Shown: positions 53,536 to 63,999, counted from the stretch's first letter. The stretch: 64,000 nt of DNA from a virus (IMGVR_UViG_3300032265_000877:1-64000), one strand, 5' to 3'. The notes: generated from the letters alone by a model not told the origin. Translations and numbers: made by a program.

Positions 53536-55307
53536 TATAATTCCGCCGATGCTAAGTAGTTTCCGCCTCTAATTCGTCCTGCTTGACCTGCAACTAACGA
53601 AGTTGTCGTCATTTCAATTTGTACATAATTTGGGTCTATTGTGCTTGTTGCCATCGCCGAACTAGCCGTATCGACACCATTAATTGTATAAGTCCAAGTA
53701 CCACCAAATGTAACACTAGGAGAAGTTCTCATTGTTACAGGATGTGCTGGGAAAGCAATTGCAGTTGTTGTGCTTTGCGCTTGAAATAAAATTCCAATAG
53801 CGTTACCGCTTTGTGGCATACGGTACGCATACCTCTGGCAGGCTTGTAACTCCCCCTGAAGTGTGCCAGTAGCAGTTTGGAATGAAGTGGCAACCGAACC
53901 TGCTTCAAGTTGCATACCCCAAATATCCAAGACCGAACCTGATGCACAGGCTTGACGAATAACCGCATAGAGCGATGAGTTAGCGCCAATGGTAAATCCT
54001 GAAACCGAGCCAAGAGTAAATGTAAATGAGTAACGCTGCCAAGAAGTAGTTACATTGAGGGTTGGCGTTGATGAGTATGCCGAGCCTGTACCAGCAGAAT
54101 TTTGGAAAAGATAAACAATGCTAGAACGAGCCGAATCAGCCTTAGCCCAGAAAGAAAGGGTTACGGTTTGACCAGCGAAAGTTCGGACATTCTCAATGCG
54201 TTGCTGGATTTCTGTAACTGTGGTTGAGCCTACGGTTGTAATGGTTGAGCGTAGGAAGTAGGTACTGTTGTAGCCTGAGATTGGCAATTTATCCGATGCT
54301 GGAGAAGATGCGTAGTCAAAGGCCACCTGAGTAACTGATGCTGATGATGGAGCATTATCGTAGGAAATAACAAATCGGTCAGCCGTATATGAGCCAGCGG
54401 CAGGGTTGGTGAAAGAAGTACCGCGTTGCCAAACATCAAAGGCTCCGTTGATAATCTTGTTTTTACCAGCGACATAGTTTCCTGCCCACGATACGCCTGT
54501 GCTGGCAGAAGAGTTTGCAACGAGTGTTGAGCCGTCAGCTCCTACTGCGAGGTTGGTGACGGTTGATGCGCCAGTAGCAGCAATAAGATCGCCCTTGGCG
54601 GTTACTGTGCTAACAGGTATGGCATTAGCAAATGAAAAAGAGCTATGAGAGACGATTGTAGCTACGTCTCCCGCTACCAAGGCTGTTAGACCTGTAATAG
54701 AGGTTCCTGTTGTTGCTGCGTAGTCCACGCCACGCTCTAAAAGGACACCATTAACAAATACCTGTTCTGCGCCAACTGTATAGGTAAGAGTTGTAGAGAA
54801 GCCATCTGTTCCGCTTAAAGTTGTTTCTCCACCAGATGCGGTATAGCGCCACATTAAGAAGACGCCAGCGCCGCTAACTCCTTGGATACCCTGGATACCC
54901 TGACCCATTGTGTACTGGACTACATCTACAGTGTCTCCAGCATTAAGCGCGGTTGCGATAACAACAGATGTGCCATTCGTGGCTGTGTAGTCTGCGCCAC
55001 TTAAGCGAACGCCGTTAAGGTAGACGTCAATGTAGCCAACTGTGTAAGAAGTGGTAAAGGTTGTCTGTCCTGCAGTTGCGGTAAAGGTAGCAACTGTCTT
55101 AGCAGCAGTTGGGTTAAATGGTCCTTGAATACCCTGTAGACCAGTAGGGCCTTGAATACCCTGTAGGCCTTGAACTCCTTGAAATCCTTGCGCACCATTA
55201 GCGCCATTTGAGCCAACAAAGCCAGCAGTACCTTGAGCGCCTTGAGCACCAACAATAGCTGCCACCCATTGACTGGAGCCAGTGTCGTAATACTTAACTT
55301 GAGACAT
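53535..55307 (-). CDS. tail fibre with short collagen segment and CBM-like tip
   Basis: GxQ repeats, ATAGQTTF/VYLNGV.L..DY repeats, KNKIING...CQRY...ASAEL. Confidence 0.85.
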   Translation of the reverse strand: MSQVKYYDTGSSQWVAAIVGAQGAQGTAGFVGSNGANGAQGFQGVQGLQGIQGPTGLQGIQGPFNPTAAKTVATFTATAGQTTFTTSYTVGYIDVYLNGVRLSGADYTATNGTSVVIATALNAGDTVDVVQYTMGQGIQGIQGVSGAGVFLMWRYTASGGETTLSGTDGFSTTLTYTVGAEQVFVNGVLLERGVDYAATTGTSITGLTALVAGDVATIVSHSSFSFANAIPVSTVTAKGDLIAATGASTVTNLAVGADGSTLVANSSASTGVSWAGNYVAGKNKIINGAFDVWQRGTSFTNPAAGSYTADRFVISYDNAPSSASVTQVAFDYASSPASDKLPISGYNSTYFLRSTITTVGSTTVTEIQQRIENVRTFAGQTVTLSFWAKADSARSSIVYLFQNSAGTGSAYSSTPTLNVTTSWQRYSFTFTLGSVSGFTIGANSSLYAVIRQACASGSVLDIWGMQLEAGSVATSFQTATGTLQGELQACQRYAYRMPQSGNAIGILFQAQSTTTAIAFPAHPVTMRTSPSVTFGGTWTYTINGVDTASSAMATSTIDPNYVQIEMTTTSLVAGQAGRIRGGNYLASAEL

Positions 55308-55487
55308 TGAACCTCACTGGGCTTAGGGGAAGGGTGCTTTTATTATCCCTTATTTATATCTTTTTGGCGCCCGAAACTAAGAGGGGAACTCGTTGTGTAA
55401 AGGCGCGCTAACCACTATGATTAGTCAGTAGGTCAGCAAAAAGGTAGCGATAGGTAGCCATAGAGATACTTTACACGAGGAGGCAAT

Positions 55488-56207
55488 ATGAAACAGATTA
55501 TTAAGTTTGAGGCTCGAGATGAGTATGGCTGGGAAGTAGCTGAGCGCCCATATCCTGCAAGTCAGGCTATTCCTGATTGGTGGCGGGCTATGACACCATA
55601 CGATAAAACGCCCGATAACCCTGATGGTAAAAAACTTATAGTTGAAAACTATGTGTCTAACGCTTCGCCTAAAAAATGCAATCCTATGCTTGACGCTTTG
55701 ACTAGTGGCTATGTAATACCGCTATGGTCAGACGTTCAAGTACAGAATGTCAATGATGATAAGCGCATTACTTGGAGAGTTAGTGGGAATGTATTCCAAG
55801 AGCACGGTCATAGTGCGCGTGAAGTGGAAACCCCAGTTGGATACAATGAACAAGTTTTTAAGTTTATGAACAAATGGAGAATCATTACCCCTAAGGGTTA
55901 TTCTTGTTTGATTACTCAGCCTTTTGGGTATCGTCAAACACCAACTCAAGCCATTCCAGCAGTTATTGATACTGATAATAGTAGTTTAGAAATACTACCA
56001 CCAGTTTGGTTCAGGTCAGATTTTGAGGGAATACTTGAAAAAGGTACGCCTATGGCGCAGGTCATACCCTTTAAACGTTCTGACTGGAGGGCTGAATACT
56101 CTTATCTTAAAGATGGAGAGTATCAAAGGCTAGAAGATAAAAACTTTAACTCAACTATTGTCAATCATTACATTAAAAAAGTTTGGTCTAAGAAAAATTA
56201 CTCTTGA
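55488..56207 (+). CDS. hypothetical protein (DUF6065/dUTPase-like beta fold)
   Basis: P.PA...IP.WW, KKC.P.LDALT.GY, W.I.TPKGYS, IDTD, GTP..QVIPFKR; GAGGAGG SD. Confidence 0.6.
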   Translation: MKQIIKFEARDEYGWEVAERPYPASQAIPDWWRAMTPYDKTPDNPDGKKLIVENYVSNASPKKCNPMLDALTSGYVIPLWSDVQVQNVNDDKRITWRVSGNVFQEHGHSAREVETPVGYNEQVFKFMNKWRIITPKGYSCLITQPFGYRQTPTQAIPAVIDTDNSSLEILPPVWFRSDFEGILEKGTPMAQVIPFKRSDWRAEYSYLKDGEYQRLEDKNFNSTIVNHYIKKVWSKKNYS

Positions 56208-56635
56208 TTATCGAGGTATTCGTCCCAAGATAAAGTTTCCTCATTCCACTTAAATTGCCATTGCCAATGTTCTGGTGAATGTATGTCATAAGGATTTGTA
56301 GGTTCAGGTACGGGTGGCTCCCATACATACCCTGCACTTAAAGTCCAAGATGGGTAAGGGCTAGGCGCGTCTTTCCAGTAAAAGGCATTTTTTTCTTTAT
56401 CAAAATAAATGCCTGGCACTGCTACATTGGCGCGGAAAGGAGTTCCTCCAAATACGTGTTTATTGTTTAGAGTGTTGATTGAAAATTGTTTCCAGTTTCC
56501 ACCAAAAAGTTCTTTACAAAAATCACTACCAAGTTGTTCTTGCTCATTATTGTTTTCATCAAGCAAAACTTCATTGTTAACAACGATTGTACGGATAACA
56601 ATATTGTTTTCGTCTAGTTCTGCAAAGTGTGCCAT
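56198..56635 (-). CDS. tail-fibre-associated protein (MAHFAELDENN family)
   Basis: Paralogue of 46919-47308. Confidence 0.75.
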   Translation of the reverse strand: MAHFAELDENNIVIRTIVVNNEVLLDENNNEQEQLGSDFCKELFGGNWKQFSINTLNNKHVFGGTPFRANVAVPGIYFDKEKNAFYWKDAPSPYPSWTLSAGYVWEPPVPEPTNPYDIHSPEHWQWQFKWNEETLSWDEYLDNQE

Positions 56636-59109
56636 CAGTAAGTAATACTCCCGCTTCCAGTAAAACGATAAACGGTATTTCCGCCGTTGGTATAAACTTG
56701 TGGCGAACCTGTAGTGGACGCAGCCGCAGCATTTGTACTAAGAATCACTACGCCTGAACCAGAAGTACCGTAAGTGCCACCGCCACCGCCACCTGTGTTG
56801 GCTACTGCTGGTGATGCCGTAACACTTGGTGAACTGAAACCACCATAACCGCCACCGTAATCAGTATAAAGGGTGCCAGCATAAGTATAACCACCTGAAG
56901 TTCCACCACCAGCCAATTTCAAACTTGTTCCAGTTAGCGTTTCAATAATTCCAATACCGCCAGTGCCTGTTGGGTTGAAGGATGCTCCAGTGCCAGCGTT
57001 ACCTACACCGCCTGCACCGCCGCCTCCCCCTGGACCACCAGTAGAAGCACCACCATCATAACCTTGCCCTGAAGTTCCAGCGCCACCAACGCCAGGTGAT
57101 GCGCCAGCACCACCACCACTTCCACCTGAGCCTCCACTATTTGTACTAAGAGCCCCGTACCCACCACCAACAGTAGTAATGCCATTAAAGGTTGATGGAT
57201 TTCCTTGAAGGTTTGCATATGTAGGAGCAACTGTTGTTACTGCGGCTCCAATTGTAACTGTGTAAGTTGTTCCTACTGTGCAAGTTGTTGACCCCTGAAG
57301 AACACCACCTGCTCCACCTGGTGCGTGGGCAGTTGGCGCAGTGTTTGTACTGTATGTTCCACCTGATGCAACAATCACATAAGATACTGTTCTTGTAGGA
57401 GTGACTGGAGTTACTGAGTTAGAAGCAGAAGATGTTGCTGAACCATTGGAGTTAGCAGCAGTTACCGTAAAGGTATAAGCGGTTCCATTTGATAGTCCTG
57501 AAACGGTAATGGGGCTTGCACCAGTACCAGTAAATGAACCTGGGCTAGATGTCGCTGTGTAAGTATTTGTTAAACCACCAGTATTATTGGCTGTGTAGGC
57601 AACAGTTGCACTTGCATTTCCAGCAGTAGCAGTACCAATGGTAGGTGCTTGTGGAAGTGTAGTTGCTGTAACCAAATTAGAGAATCCGCTTTCAGCGCCA
57701 CTTCCCACATTGTTAGTTGCATAGACTGTGTACTTATAAGCAGTGTTAGAAGACAAACCAGTAATGGTGATAGGAGAACCAGCACCTGATGAGGCGTTAG
57801 ATTGATATACGCCAGCGCTGTTATACACCTTTACTGTGTATGAGGTAATTGTTGACCCACCATTAGATGCAGGAGCGCTAAATGTTACATCAGCACGACC
57901 GTTATTGTAAGTACGTCCTGAGCCCACATCTGTAGCAGTACCAATAGTAGGTGCACCAGGAACGGTAACTGGAGTTACCGAGTTAGAAGCAGAAGATGCG
58001 GAAGAGGTTCCATAACCATTGGTTGCGGTGACTGTAAATGTATACGCAGTTCCATTAGACAAGCCTGAAACTGTAATTGGACTTGATGTCCCTGTTCCTG
58101 TAAATCCTCCTGGTGAGGATGTCATCGTATAACCAGTAATACTTGAGTTGTTATTGGTGCTACTTCCAGTAAACGTAATAGATGCAGTAGCGTTTCCTGC
58201 AGTTGCTGTACCAATGGTAGGGGCTGAAGGCACATTGTATACATAAGAACCAGAGGTATTAGAAGCTACCGAAGTTCCATAATTGTTTGTTGCGGTTACA
58301 GTGTAGGTGTACGTGCCAGCAGTGGTCTCTGTAATAGAAAGAGGGCTTGAACTACCAGAGGCAGAACGTCCAGAAGATGATGTTGCTGTAAAACTTGAGA
58401 TAGGTGAACCGCCTGTTGCGTTTGAACTGAACGCTACTGAGGCAATCTTTTCTCCTCCATTAGAGACGCTGCTTAAAGTTGGGGCTTGAGGAACTGTTGC
58501 TGGGGTTACCGCACTTGAAGAGGATGAAGCTGAAGAAGTATTGTTGGCATTAGTGGCAGTTACTGTATAGGTACGAGATGTTCCTGCAGCATCAGAAATT
58601 GTAATAGGTGAAGAAGAGCCAGTTGCAGTATTTCCTGAAGAAGAGGTTACGGTGTAGCTAGTAATTGGTGAACCACCAGTTGCATTTGCAGTGAATGGCA
58701 CAGAAACGTTGGCATTTGACCCGTAGGACTGACCTGTAGCAACTGTTGGGGTGCCAATAGTTGGTGCCTGTGGAATTGTGGTAGCAGTAATTGAGTTAGA
58801 GGCAGAAGAGGCAGAAGATGTGCCCTGCGTATCTGTAGCGGTAACTGCAAATGTATAAGATGTAGCGCTCTGTAAACCTGAAACGGTAATGGGGCTAGAA
58901 GAAGCTGAGCCTGTTAACGATCCAGGTGTAGAGGTAGCTGTAAAGCTAGTAGCTTTACCACCAGATGTTGATGGAGTAAATGTAACCGTAGCCGCACCAT
59001 TGTTGTAGGCACGAGATGTGCCTACGTCAGTAGCGGTACCAATGGTAGGCGGCTGTGGAGTGAAGAAGTTATCTCCACTCGAAGCCGTTGTTCCAAAGAT
59101 GATTGGCAT
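56635..59109 (-). CDS. multi-FN3 (about 6 repeats) plus glycine-rich tail fibre/adhesin; start likely MPIIFG
   Basis: Repeated P.APTIGTAT...YTFTVTA.N..G units; Gly-rich end GSGVVIL...FTGSGSITY. Confidence 0.85.
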   Translation of the reverse strand: MPIIFGTTASSGDNFFTPQPPTIGTATDVGTSRAYNNGAATVTFTPSTSGGKATSFTATSTPGSLTGSASSSPITVSGLQSATSYTFAVTATDTQGTSSASSASNSITATTIPQAPTIGTPTVATGQSYGSNANVSVPFTANATGGSPITSYTVTSSSGNTATGSSSPITISDAAGTSRTYTVTATNANNTSSASSSSSAVTPATVPQAPTLSSVSNGGEKIASVAFSSNATGGSPISSFTATSSSGRSASGSSSPLSITETTAGTYTYTVTATNNYGTSVASNTSGSYVYNVPSAPTIGTATAGNATASITFTGSSTNNNSSITGYTMTSSPGGFTGTGTSSPITVSGLSNGTAYTFTVTATNGYGTSSASSASNSVTPVTVPGAPTIGTATDVGSGRTYNNGRADVTFSAPASNGGSTITSYTVKVYNSAGVYQSNASSGAGSPITITGLSSNTAYKYTVYATNNVGSGAESGFSNLVTATTLPQAPTIGTATAGNASATVAYTANNTGGLTNTYTATSSPGSFTGTGASPITVSGLSNGTAYTFTVTAANSNGSATSSASNSVTPVTPTRTVSYVIVASGGTYSTNTAPTAHAPGGAGGVLQGSTTCTVGTTYTVTIGAAVTTVAPTYANLQGNPSTFNGITTVGGGYGALSTNSGGSGGSGGGAGASPGVGGAGTSGQGYDGGASTGGPGGGGGAGGVGNAGTGASFNPTGTGGIGIIETLTGTSLKLAGGGTSGGYTYAGTLYTDYGGGYGGFSSPSVTASPAVANTGGGGGGTYGTSGSGVVILSTNAAAASTTGSPQVYTNGGNTVYRFTGSGSITY

Positions 59110-62100
59110 TAAACGATATCTCCTACTACTTGCCATATGTCCGTATCGATTTTGATACAGGTGGCTGATGAGTTCTGCGCTCTTAACTTAGGGGTAGCTG
59201 AGGTAGCACCAGTTGAGTTAATTGTAGTTGTACCTGATGTTACAGCTGCAATTGTAATCTGTCCTACGCCAGTTTGGATAATCGTAATTGAAGATCCAAT
59301 TGGGTAAGCAACTGATGCGTTAGTTGGGATTGAGACCGTAAACGCTGAGCCAGAGCTTGCAGTAATAATTGCCGCAGCATCCGCTAGAACAGTTGTGTAA
59401 GCACCAGTTTTAGGATTGATGTTGTAGGAAATTGAAGGCGCTACAATTACTGAGTTGTAGGTGTTTGGTGATTGTAGGCTTAAACCTGATAGGTTTGTTG
59501 TCCACTTAACACCTGTTGTTTGTGTTGAGTCGGCTGTGAGGATAGTGTTATTAGCACCAACTGGGAGAGTAGAAAAGGTTCCTGAGCCAGTTCCCGCAAT
59601 TGTGTCACCCTTAGCAGTGAAGTTTGCAGAGGAGAGGCCGACCACGCCAGCTACTGAGGTATCAAGCCATAGTACGCCCTGGTTTGCTGGAGCAGTATTT
59701 CCTACAGCAAGTCCCTGTACACCGATCTGACCCTGTAGACCTTGGAGACCTTGTAGCCCCTGCAGTCCTTGAGTGCCCTGAACACCTTGTAGACCTTGTA
59801 CACCTTGTGCACCAAGACCGAGAGTGATGTTCTGTACGACAACGATATCTCCGGCTACTGCCCCAACCGCTAGAACAACAGATGTTCCGTTAGTTGCTGT
59901 GTAGTCTGCTGAACTTAGGCGGACACCATTGAGGAAGACGTTGATATAACCTGGGTTATATGTAACGCTGAAGGTTGTCTGACCAGAGGTGGCGGTGAAC
60001 TCAGTAGTTGTGAATACTGGAGCGTTTGTTACGCCACCCTGTACACCCTGAGTACCCTGTACACCCTGGATAGATTGTCCCTGGAGACCCTGGATACCTT
60101 GAGTACCTTGTGTACCTGTTAGACCCTGGGTACCAGTGGTTCCCTGAACACCCTGAAGACCCTGTAGTCCTTGAGTTCCCTGTGTACCCTGCGTACCGGT
60201 TGTGCCTTGAGCACCTTGTGTTCCCTGCACGCCCTGTAGTCCTTGGGTGCCTTGGGTACCTTGTGTACCCTGAACTCCTTGAGTTCCCTGGGTTCCCTGA
60301 ACTCCTTGAATTCCTTGAGTGCCCTGGATGCCCTGTGTACCTTGTGTACCTTGTGCGCCAGTTGTTCCCTGTACGCCAGATGTAGAGAAGGTCCACTGTG
60401 AGAATGTTCCTGAGCCACCAGTGTTAGTTACATTTACAGTAATGCTTGTGTCTGTAGTGATCGCTGTGATCTGACCAAAGACATAGTTGGCAGGAGTTAC
60501 TGTGTAGGCAACTGTTACAAACTGACCGAGCGCAAATGCGCCAGAGTTTGCTACGGCAAAGGTTAGTGAACCAGTACCAATTGCATTAGAGGTGGTTGAG
60601 GTTACGCCAGTGTAAGAACGTCCCTGAATACCTTGGAGGCCTTGAATACCCTGGATTCCTTGTGTTCCCTGAACACCTTGTACTCCCTGGGTTCCCTGAG
60701 TACCTTGGATACCAGTGGTTCCCTGTACGCCCTGCGTACCCTGAGTTCCCTGTGGTCCCTGTACACCCTGTAGGCCTTGAACGCCCTGAGTTCCTTGAAC
60801 TCCCTGGGTTCCTTGAGGACCTTGAACTCCTTGGAGTCCCTGTAATCCCTGAGTTCCCTGGGTTCCTTGTGTTCCTTGGAGACCCTGTGTTCCCTGAACA
60901 CCCTGAGTACCCTGGGCACCAGTTGTACCCTGGTTACCAACGGCAGAGGTCTGAGAGAAATTGATGTTATCGATACCAATTTTAATGGTGCCGTTTGTAT
61001 TAGTGCCAAGCTGGTATTGAATCCATGAGGTACCGACGTTAGTTGAACCAGCAACTGTGTATACATAGTCGCCAGGCTCTACCTGATCTGCAAGATGGTT
61101 GTCATAGTCAGTTGCGCGAGTAAGTTTCCAGGTAGTAGATGCAGAGCCTGCACTTGTAACTGTATAGATACCGTTTTGTTTAGCATCGGCCTGGTTCTTA
61201 ACAAGTACGCGAGTATCTGCTGGTAGTGGTCCAGAGTATGTGTAACCGTCAACTACCAAATAACCGTTAGTTGTTGCTTGAAGGTAAGCGCCTACACCAA
61301 GACCGTTAGAGGCATCTGCTGTTCCTGCAGTGTATGAAGGTGAACCAGCAAGCGCGGTTGTTGTTGTAGTGTAAACAGCTGCGTGTGCGTTCTGTGAACC
61401 GGAAGCACCCTGTAGACCCTGTAGGCCTTGTAGGCCTTGAATTCCTTGAATTCCCTGTGTGCCCTGAACACCTTGGACGCCCTGCGTACCTTGGGTACCA
61501 TCATGTCCTTGGATACCTTGAATTCCTTGGGTACCTTGAACACCTTGTGTTCCCTGCGTTCCTTGTGTTCCCTGGATACCAGTTGTACCCTGCACACCTT
61601 GTGTTCCTTGAACACCCTGCGTGCCTTGAGTTCCTTGTAGACCAGTTGTTCCTTGTACACCTTGTGTACCTTGAACTCCCTGTAGTCCTTGAACTCCTTG
61701 TGTACCCTGTGAACCAGTTTGACCAGTGGTTCCTTGGATACCTTGCGTTCCTTGAACGCCTTGGATTCCTTGAGTACCCTGATTACCTTGTACGCCTTGA
61801 AGACCTTGTGTGCCTTGTACTCCTTGAGTACCTTGGACACCTTGTGTGCCCTGCACACCTTGAATGCCCTGAATGCCTTGCGTACCCTGAACACCCTGTG
61901 TTCCCTGTGTACCTTGAGTTCCTTGTACACCCTGGATGCCTTGTATGCCTTGAATACCTTGAGTGCCTTGTACGCCTTGTAGTCCCTGTGTACCTTGTAC
62001 ACCCTGCGTACCCTGCACACCTTGTGTTCCCTGTGTTCCTGTTGTTCCCTGAACGCCCTGCGTTCCTTGGATACCTTGCGTGCCTTGTACACCCTGGGTA

Positions 62101-62195
62101 CCTTGAATACCTGTTGTTCCTTGGGTGCCTTGCGCGCCAACAATGGCCGCGATCCACTGACCGGATCCGGTGTCATAATACTTTAATTGGGACAT
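59109..62195 (-). CDS. collagen-like (Gly-X-Gln) long tail fibre
   Basis: Several uninterrupted G-x-Q tracts separated by globular domains (RVLVKNQ...QNGIY...RATD); AGGAG SD. Confidence 0.9.
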   Translation of the reverse strand: MSQLKYYDTGSGQWIAAIVGAQGTQGTTGIQGTQGVQGTQGIQGTQGVQGTTGTQGTQGVQGTQGVQGTQGLQGVQGTQGIQGIQGIQGVQGTQGTQGTQGVQGTQGIQGIQGVQGTQGVQGTQGVQGTQGLQGVQGNQGTQGIQGVQGTQGIQGTTGQTGSQGTQGVQGLQGVQGTQGVQGTTGLQGTQGTQGVQGTQGVQGTTGIQGTQGTQGTQGVQGTQGIQGIQGHDGTQGTQGVQGVQGTQGIQGIQGLQGLQGLQGASGSQNAHAAVYTTTTTALAGSPSYTAGTADASNGLGVGAYLQATTNGYLVVDGYTYSGPLPADTRVLVKNQADAKQNGIYTVTSAGSASTTWKLTRATDYDNHLADQVEPGDYVYTVAGSTNVGTSWIQYQLGTNTNGTIKIGIDNINFSQTSAVGNQGTTGAQGTQGVQGTQGLQGTQGTQGTQGLQGLQGVQGPQGTQGVQGTQGVQGLQGVQGPQGTQGTQGVQGTTGIQGTQGTQGVQGVQGTQGIQGIQGLQGIQGRSYTGVTSTTSNAIGTGSLTFAVANSGAFALGQFVTVAYTVTPANYVFGQITAITTDTSITVNVTNTGGSGTFSQWTFSTSGVQGTTGAQGTQGTQGIQGTQGIQGVQGTQGTQGVQGTQGTQGTQGLQGVQGTQGAQGTTGTQGTQGTQGLQGLQGVQGTTGTQGLTGTQGTQGIQGLQGQSIQGVQGTQGVQGGVTNAPVFTTTEFTATSGQTTFSVTYNPGYINVFLNGVRLSSADYTATNGTSVVLAVGAVAGDIVVVQNITLGLGAQGVQGLQGVQGTQGLQGLQGLQGLQGQIGVQGLAVGNTAPANQGVLWLDTSVAGVVGLSSANFTAKGDTIAGTGSGTFSTLPVGANNTILTADSTQTTGVKWTTNLSGLSLQSPNTYNSVIVAPSISYNINPKTGAYTTVLADAAAIITASSGSAFTVSIPTNASVAYPIGSSITIIQTGVGQITIAAVTSGTTTINSTGATSATPKLRAQNSSATCIKIDTDIWQVVGDIV
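61405..62135 (-). repeat. 9-nt-period coding repeat (Gly-X-Gln), the longest tract; further tracts at ~60040-60375 and ~60620-60935
   Basis: Degenerate CCTTG/CCCTG period-9 pattern on the + strand. Confidence 0.85.
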
Positions 62196-62268
62196 GGCTC
62201 TCCTAGGTTGGCTACAGCATTAATGTTAAGTGCTAAAGGCTTTTCTGTGTGGCTAAATTCCATCACCG

Positions 62269-63168
62269 TTATCCCAAGACCACTACTTTGTAGTTGTTTA
62301 AGGCTGGTGGGGAGGCAAAAGTTAGTGTTGCGGTATTCACAGTTGAGTAGACCAAAGATGACGGGATAATTACCGCGTAAGTAGTCTGATTGTAAACAGT
62401 GACTTCGATATCTCTGGTGCCCAAATTGTGTGTGACTGTATAAGTAGTGTTGGCTCCATCACCAATTAAGAAGGTGAGCTTTTGAGTACCAACAATGCCG
62501 CCTACAGATGTGTCTAGCCATAGAACTCCAGTGTTGGCAGGGGCTGAAGAACCAGAGATAATTCCCTGACTACCTGTTGTTCCTTGAACACCCTGCAACT
62601 GTGCGTAACCAAAACCTTGGACACCCTGCAAACCTTGGGTACCAGTTGTACCTTGTGCACCAACTCCGGTTGCTCCTTGAAAACCAACAAGGCCTTGAAT
62701 ACCCCTAAATCCTTGAAGACCTATAAGTCCTTGTAGTCCTTGCGAGCCCGTTGACCCTTGAAAACCAATAAATCCTTGAATACCATTTACACCTTGCAAA
62801 CCAATAAGGCCTTGTAAACCTTGAACACCCTGCAACTGTGCGTAGCCAAAGCCTTGAATACCTTGCAAACCTTGGGTACCGAGTCTACCTTGTGCCCCTG
62901 TAAATCCTTGAACACCACTTTGTCCAACTTGACCTTGTAATCCATTAGCGCCCTGTATGCCTTTAGCGCCTTGTAAACCTTGTATGCCTTGAGCGCCAGT
63001 GCCCTGTGACCCGCCGCTACCAGAGCCTGCTGGTCCTTGAGTACCTTGAACACCTTGTACTCCATAGCCAGGATTTTGTGGCACAACTGTAATAGCAATT
63101 GGTGCTTGAGGCACCACTACAATTGGGCAAGTGCACGGCCAGTTGCCGCAGGTATTACAAGTGTTCAC
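62269..63168 (-). CDS. collagen-like protein with Cys-rich N-terminus
   Basis: CNTC..WPCTC, GxQ tract, C-terminal IGDG..T.Y.VTHNLGT.D..V domain. Confidence 0.85.
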   Translation of the reverse strand: MNTCNTCGNWPCTCPIVVVPQAPIAITVVPQNPGYGVQGVQGTQGPAGSGSGGSQGTGAQGIQGLQGAKGIQGANGLQGQVGQSGVQGFTGAQGRLGTQGLQGIQGFGYAQLQGVQGLQGLIGLQGVNGIQGFIGFQGSTGSQGLQGLIGLQGFRGIQGLVGFQGATGVGAQGTTGTQGLQGVQGFGYAQLQGVQGTTGSQGIISGSSAPANTGVLWLDTSVGGIVGTQKLTFLIGDGANTTYTVTHNLGTRDIEVTVYNQTTYAVIIPSSLVYSTVNTATLTFASPPALNNYKVVVLG

Positions 63169-63171
63169 CTA

Positions 63172-63999
63172 CTACCAACTTCCGTAGGTGCCGACGTCAA
63201 GGCTTACAGCTTGAGTCGTAAATACTTGTCCTTTGATATACGTTGTGACTTGGTTAGCGTCTGTCTTTAATGTAGCCGTTAGGTCCCAAAAAGCACGTGT
63301 AGGTAAATACTGAGTGTCTTTAGGCTGTAGGGTTAAAACTACCTTACTGAGCGTGGACGAAGCTGATGTCACATTTATACCAAAGTTTGCGTATAAGGAT
63401 GGTGCGTTTGGATATGTTCTAATCTGAGCAGCCCAGTTGTACAGGGAAGCGTCAAATGGGAAATCAAACTCAATAGAGAAATTGTTACCCTGATAGAGAA
63501 TAATGTCGTAGTTCTGTGCGTTAGTTGGAAGAGGGTTACGGCCCGTTAAGTTATTTGCAATATAAACGCGCTCTGGTTTGCGGGCGTCATCAATCTCTTG
63601 ACCAACATAGATAGGTACGTACTTGTTGGTTGTGCGAGATGTGCGGATAAGGGTTCCGACCTCAATCTTCCACAAGCCCACGTTAAGCTGAGCGCAGAGG
63701 GTCTTGTATTGTTCCCAGCGCTGCTGAATGATAGAAGATAGCTGCTGATAACGCTGTGCTCTTGGGATCATAACCCCGTCTGGGGCGGTGATATTGATAT
63801 CAAATGCAGCGTCTGTAGCAAGAGCCCAAAGCGCCTCAATGGTTGCCAAAATAGCAATAGGATAAGTTTCAACTGGCGGGATGTTTGCCAGGGTAACCTG
63901 GGTGCCATAAGAGTCAACGCGGTTAAATGTGTGCTCTGTTACGGCGTCATTAATAAAGACGCAGAGCTCTGAGTCTAAAAAGTATCGGTCTTGAACGCC
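63172..63999 (-). CDS. head completion/neck protein, 5' end outside the window
   Basis: The frame stays open from 63999 to 63172; the track start at 63849 is internal. C-terminal YQG..F...F...AQIR...WDL BppU-like domain. Confidence 0.65.
   Translation of the reverse strand, partial: GVQDRYFLDSELCVFINDAVTEHTFNRVDSYGTQVTLANIPPVETYPIAILATIEALWALATDAAFDINITAPDGVMIPRAQRYQQLSSIIQQRWEQYKTLCAQLNVGLWKIEVGTLIRTSRTTNKYVPIYVGQEIDDARKPERVYIANNLTGRNPLPTNAQNYDIILYQGNNFSIEFDFPFDASLYNWAAQIRTYPNAPSLYANFGINVTSASSTLSKVVLTLQPKDTQYLPTRAFWDLTATLKTDANQVTTYIKGQVFTTQAVSLDVGTYGSW

Noticed and set aside
52388-55307. Diversity-generating retroelement (TR/VR) in the paired fibre tips
   Set aside because: The copies differ at all base types, not only adenines, and no reverse transcriptase is in the window
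60001-62206. Many long alternative-frame and antisense ORFs over the collagen gene
   Set aside because: These are by-products of the stop-poor 9-nt-period repeat, with no SDs or sensible composition
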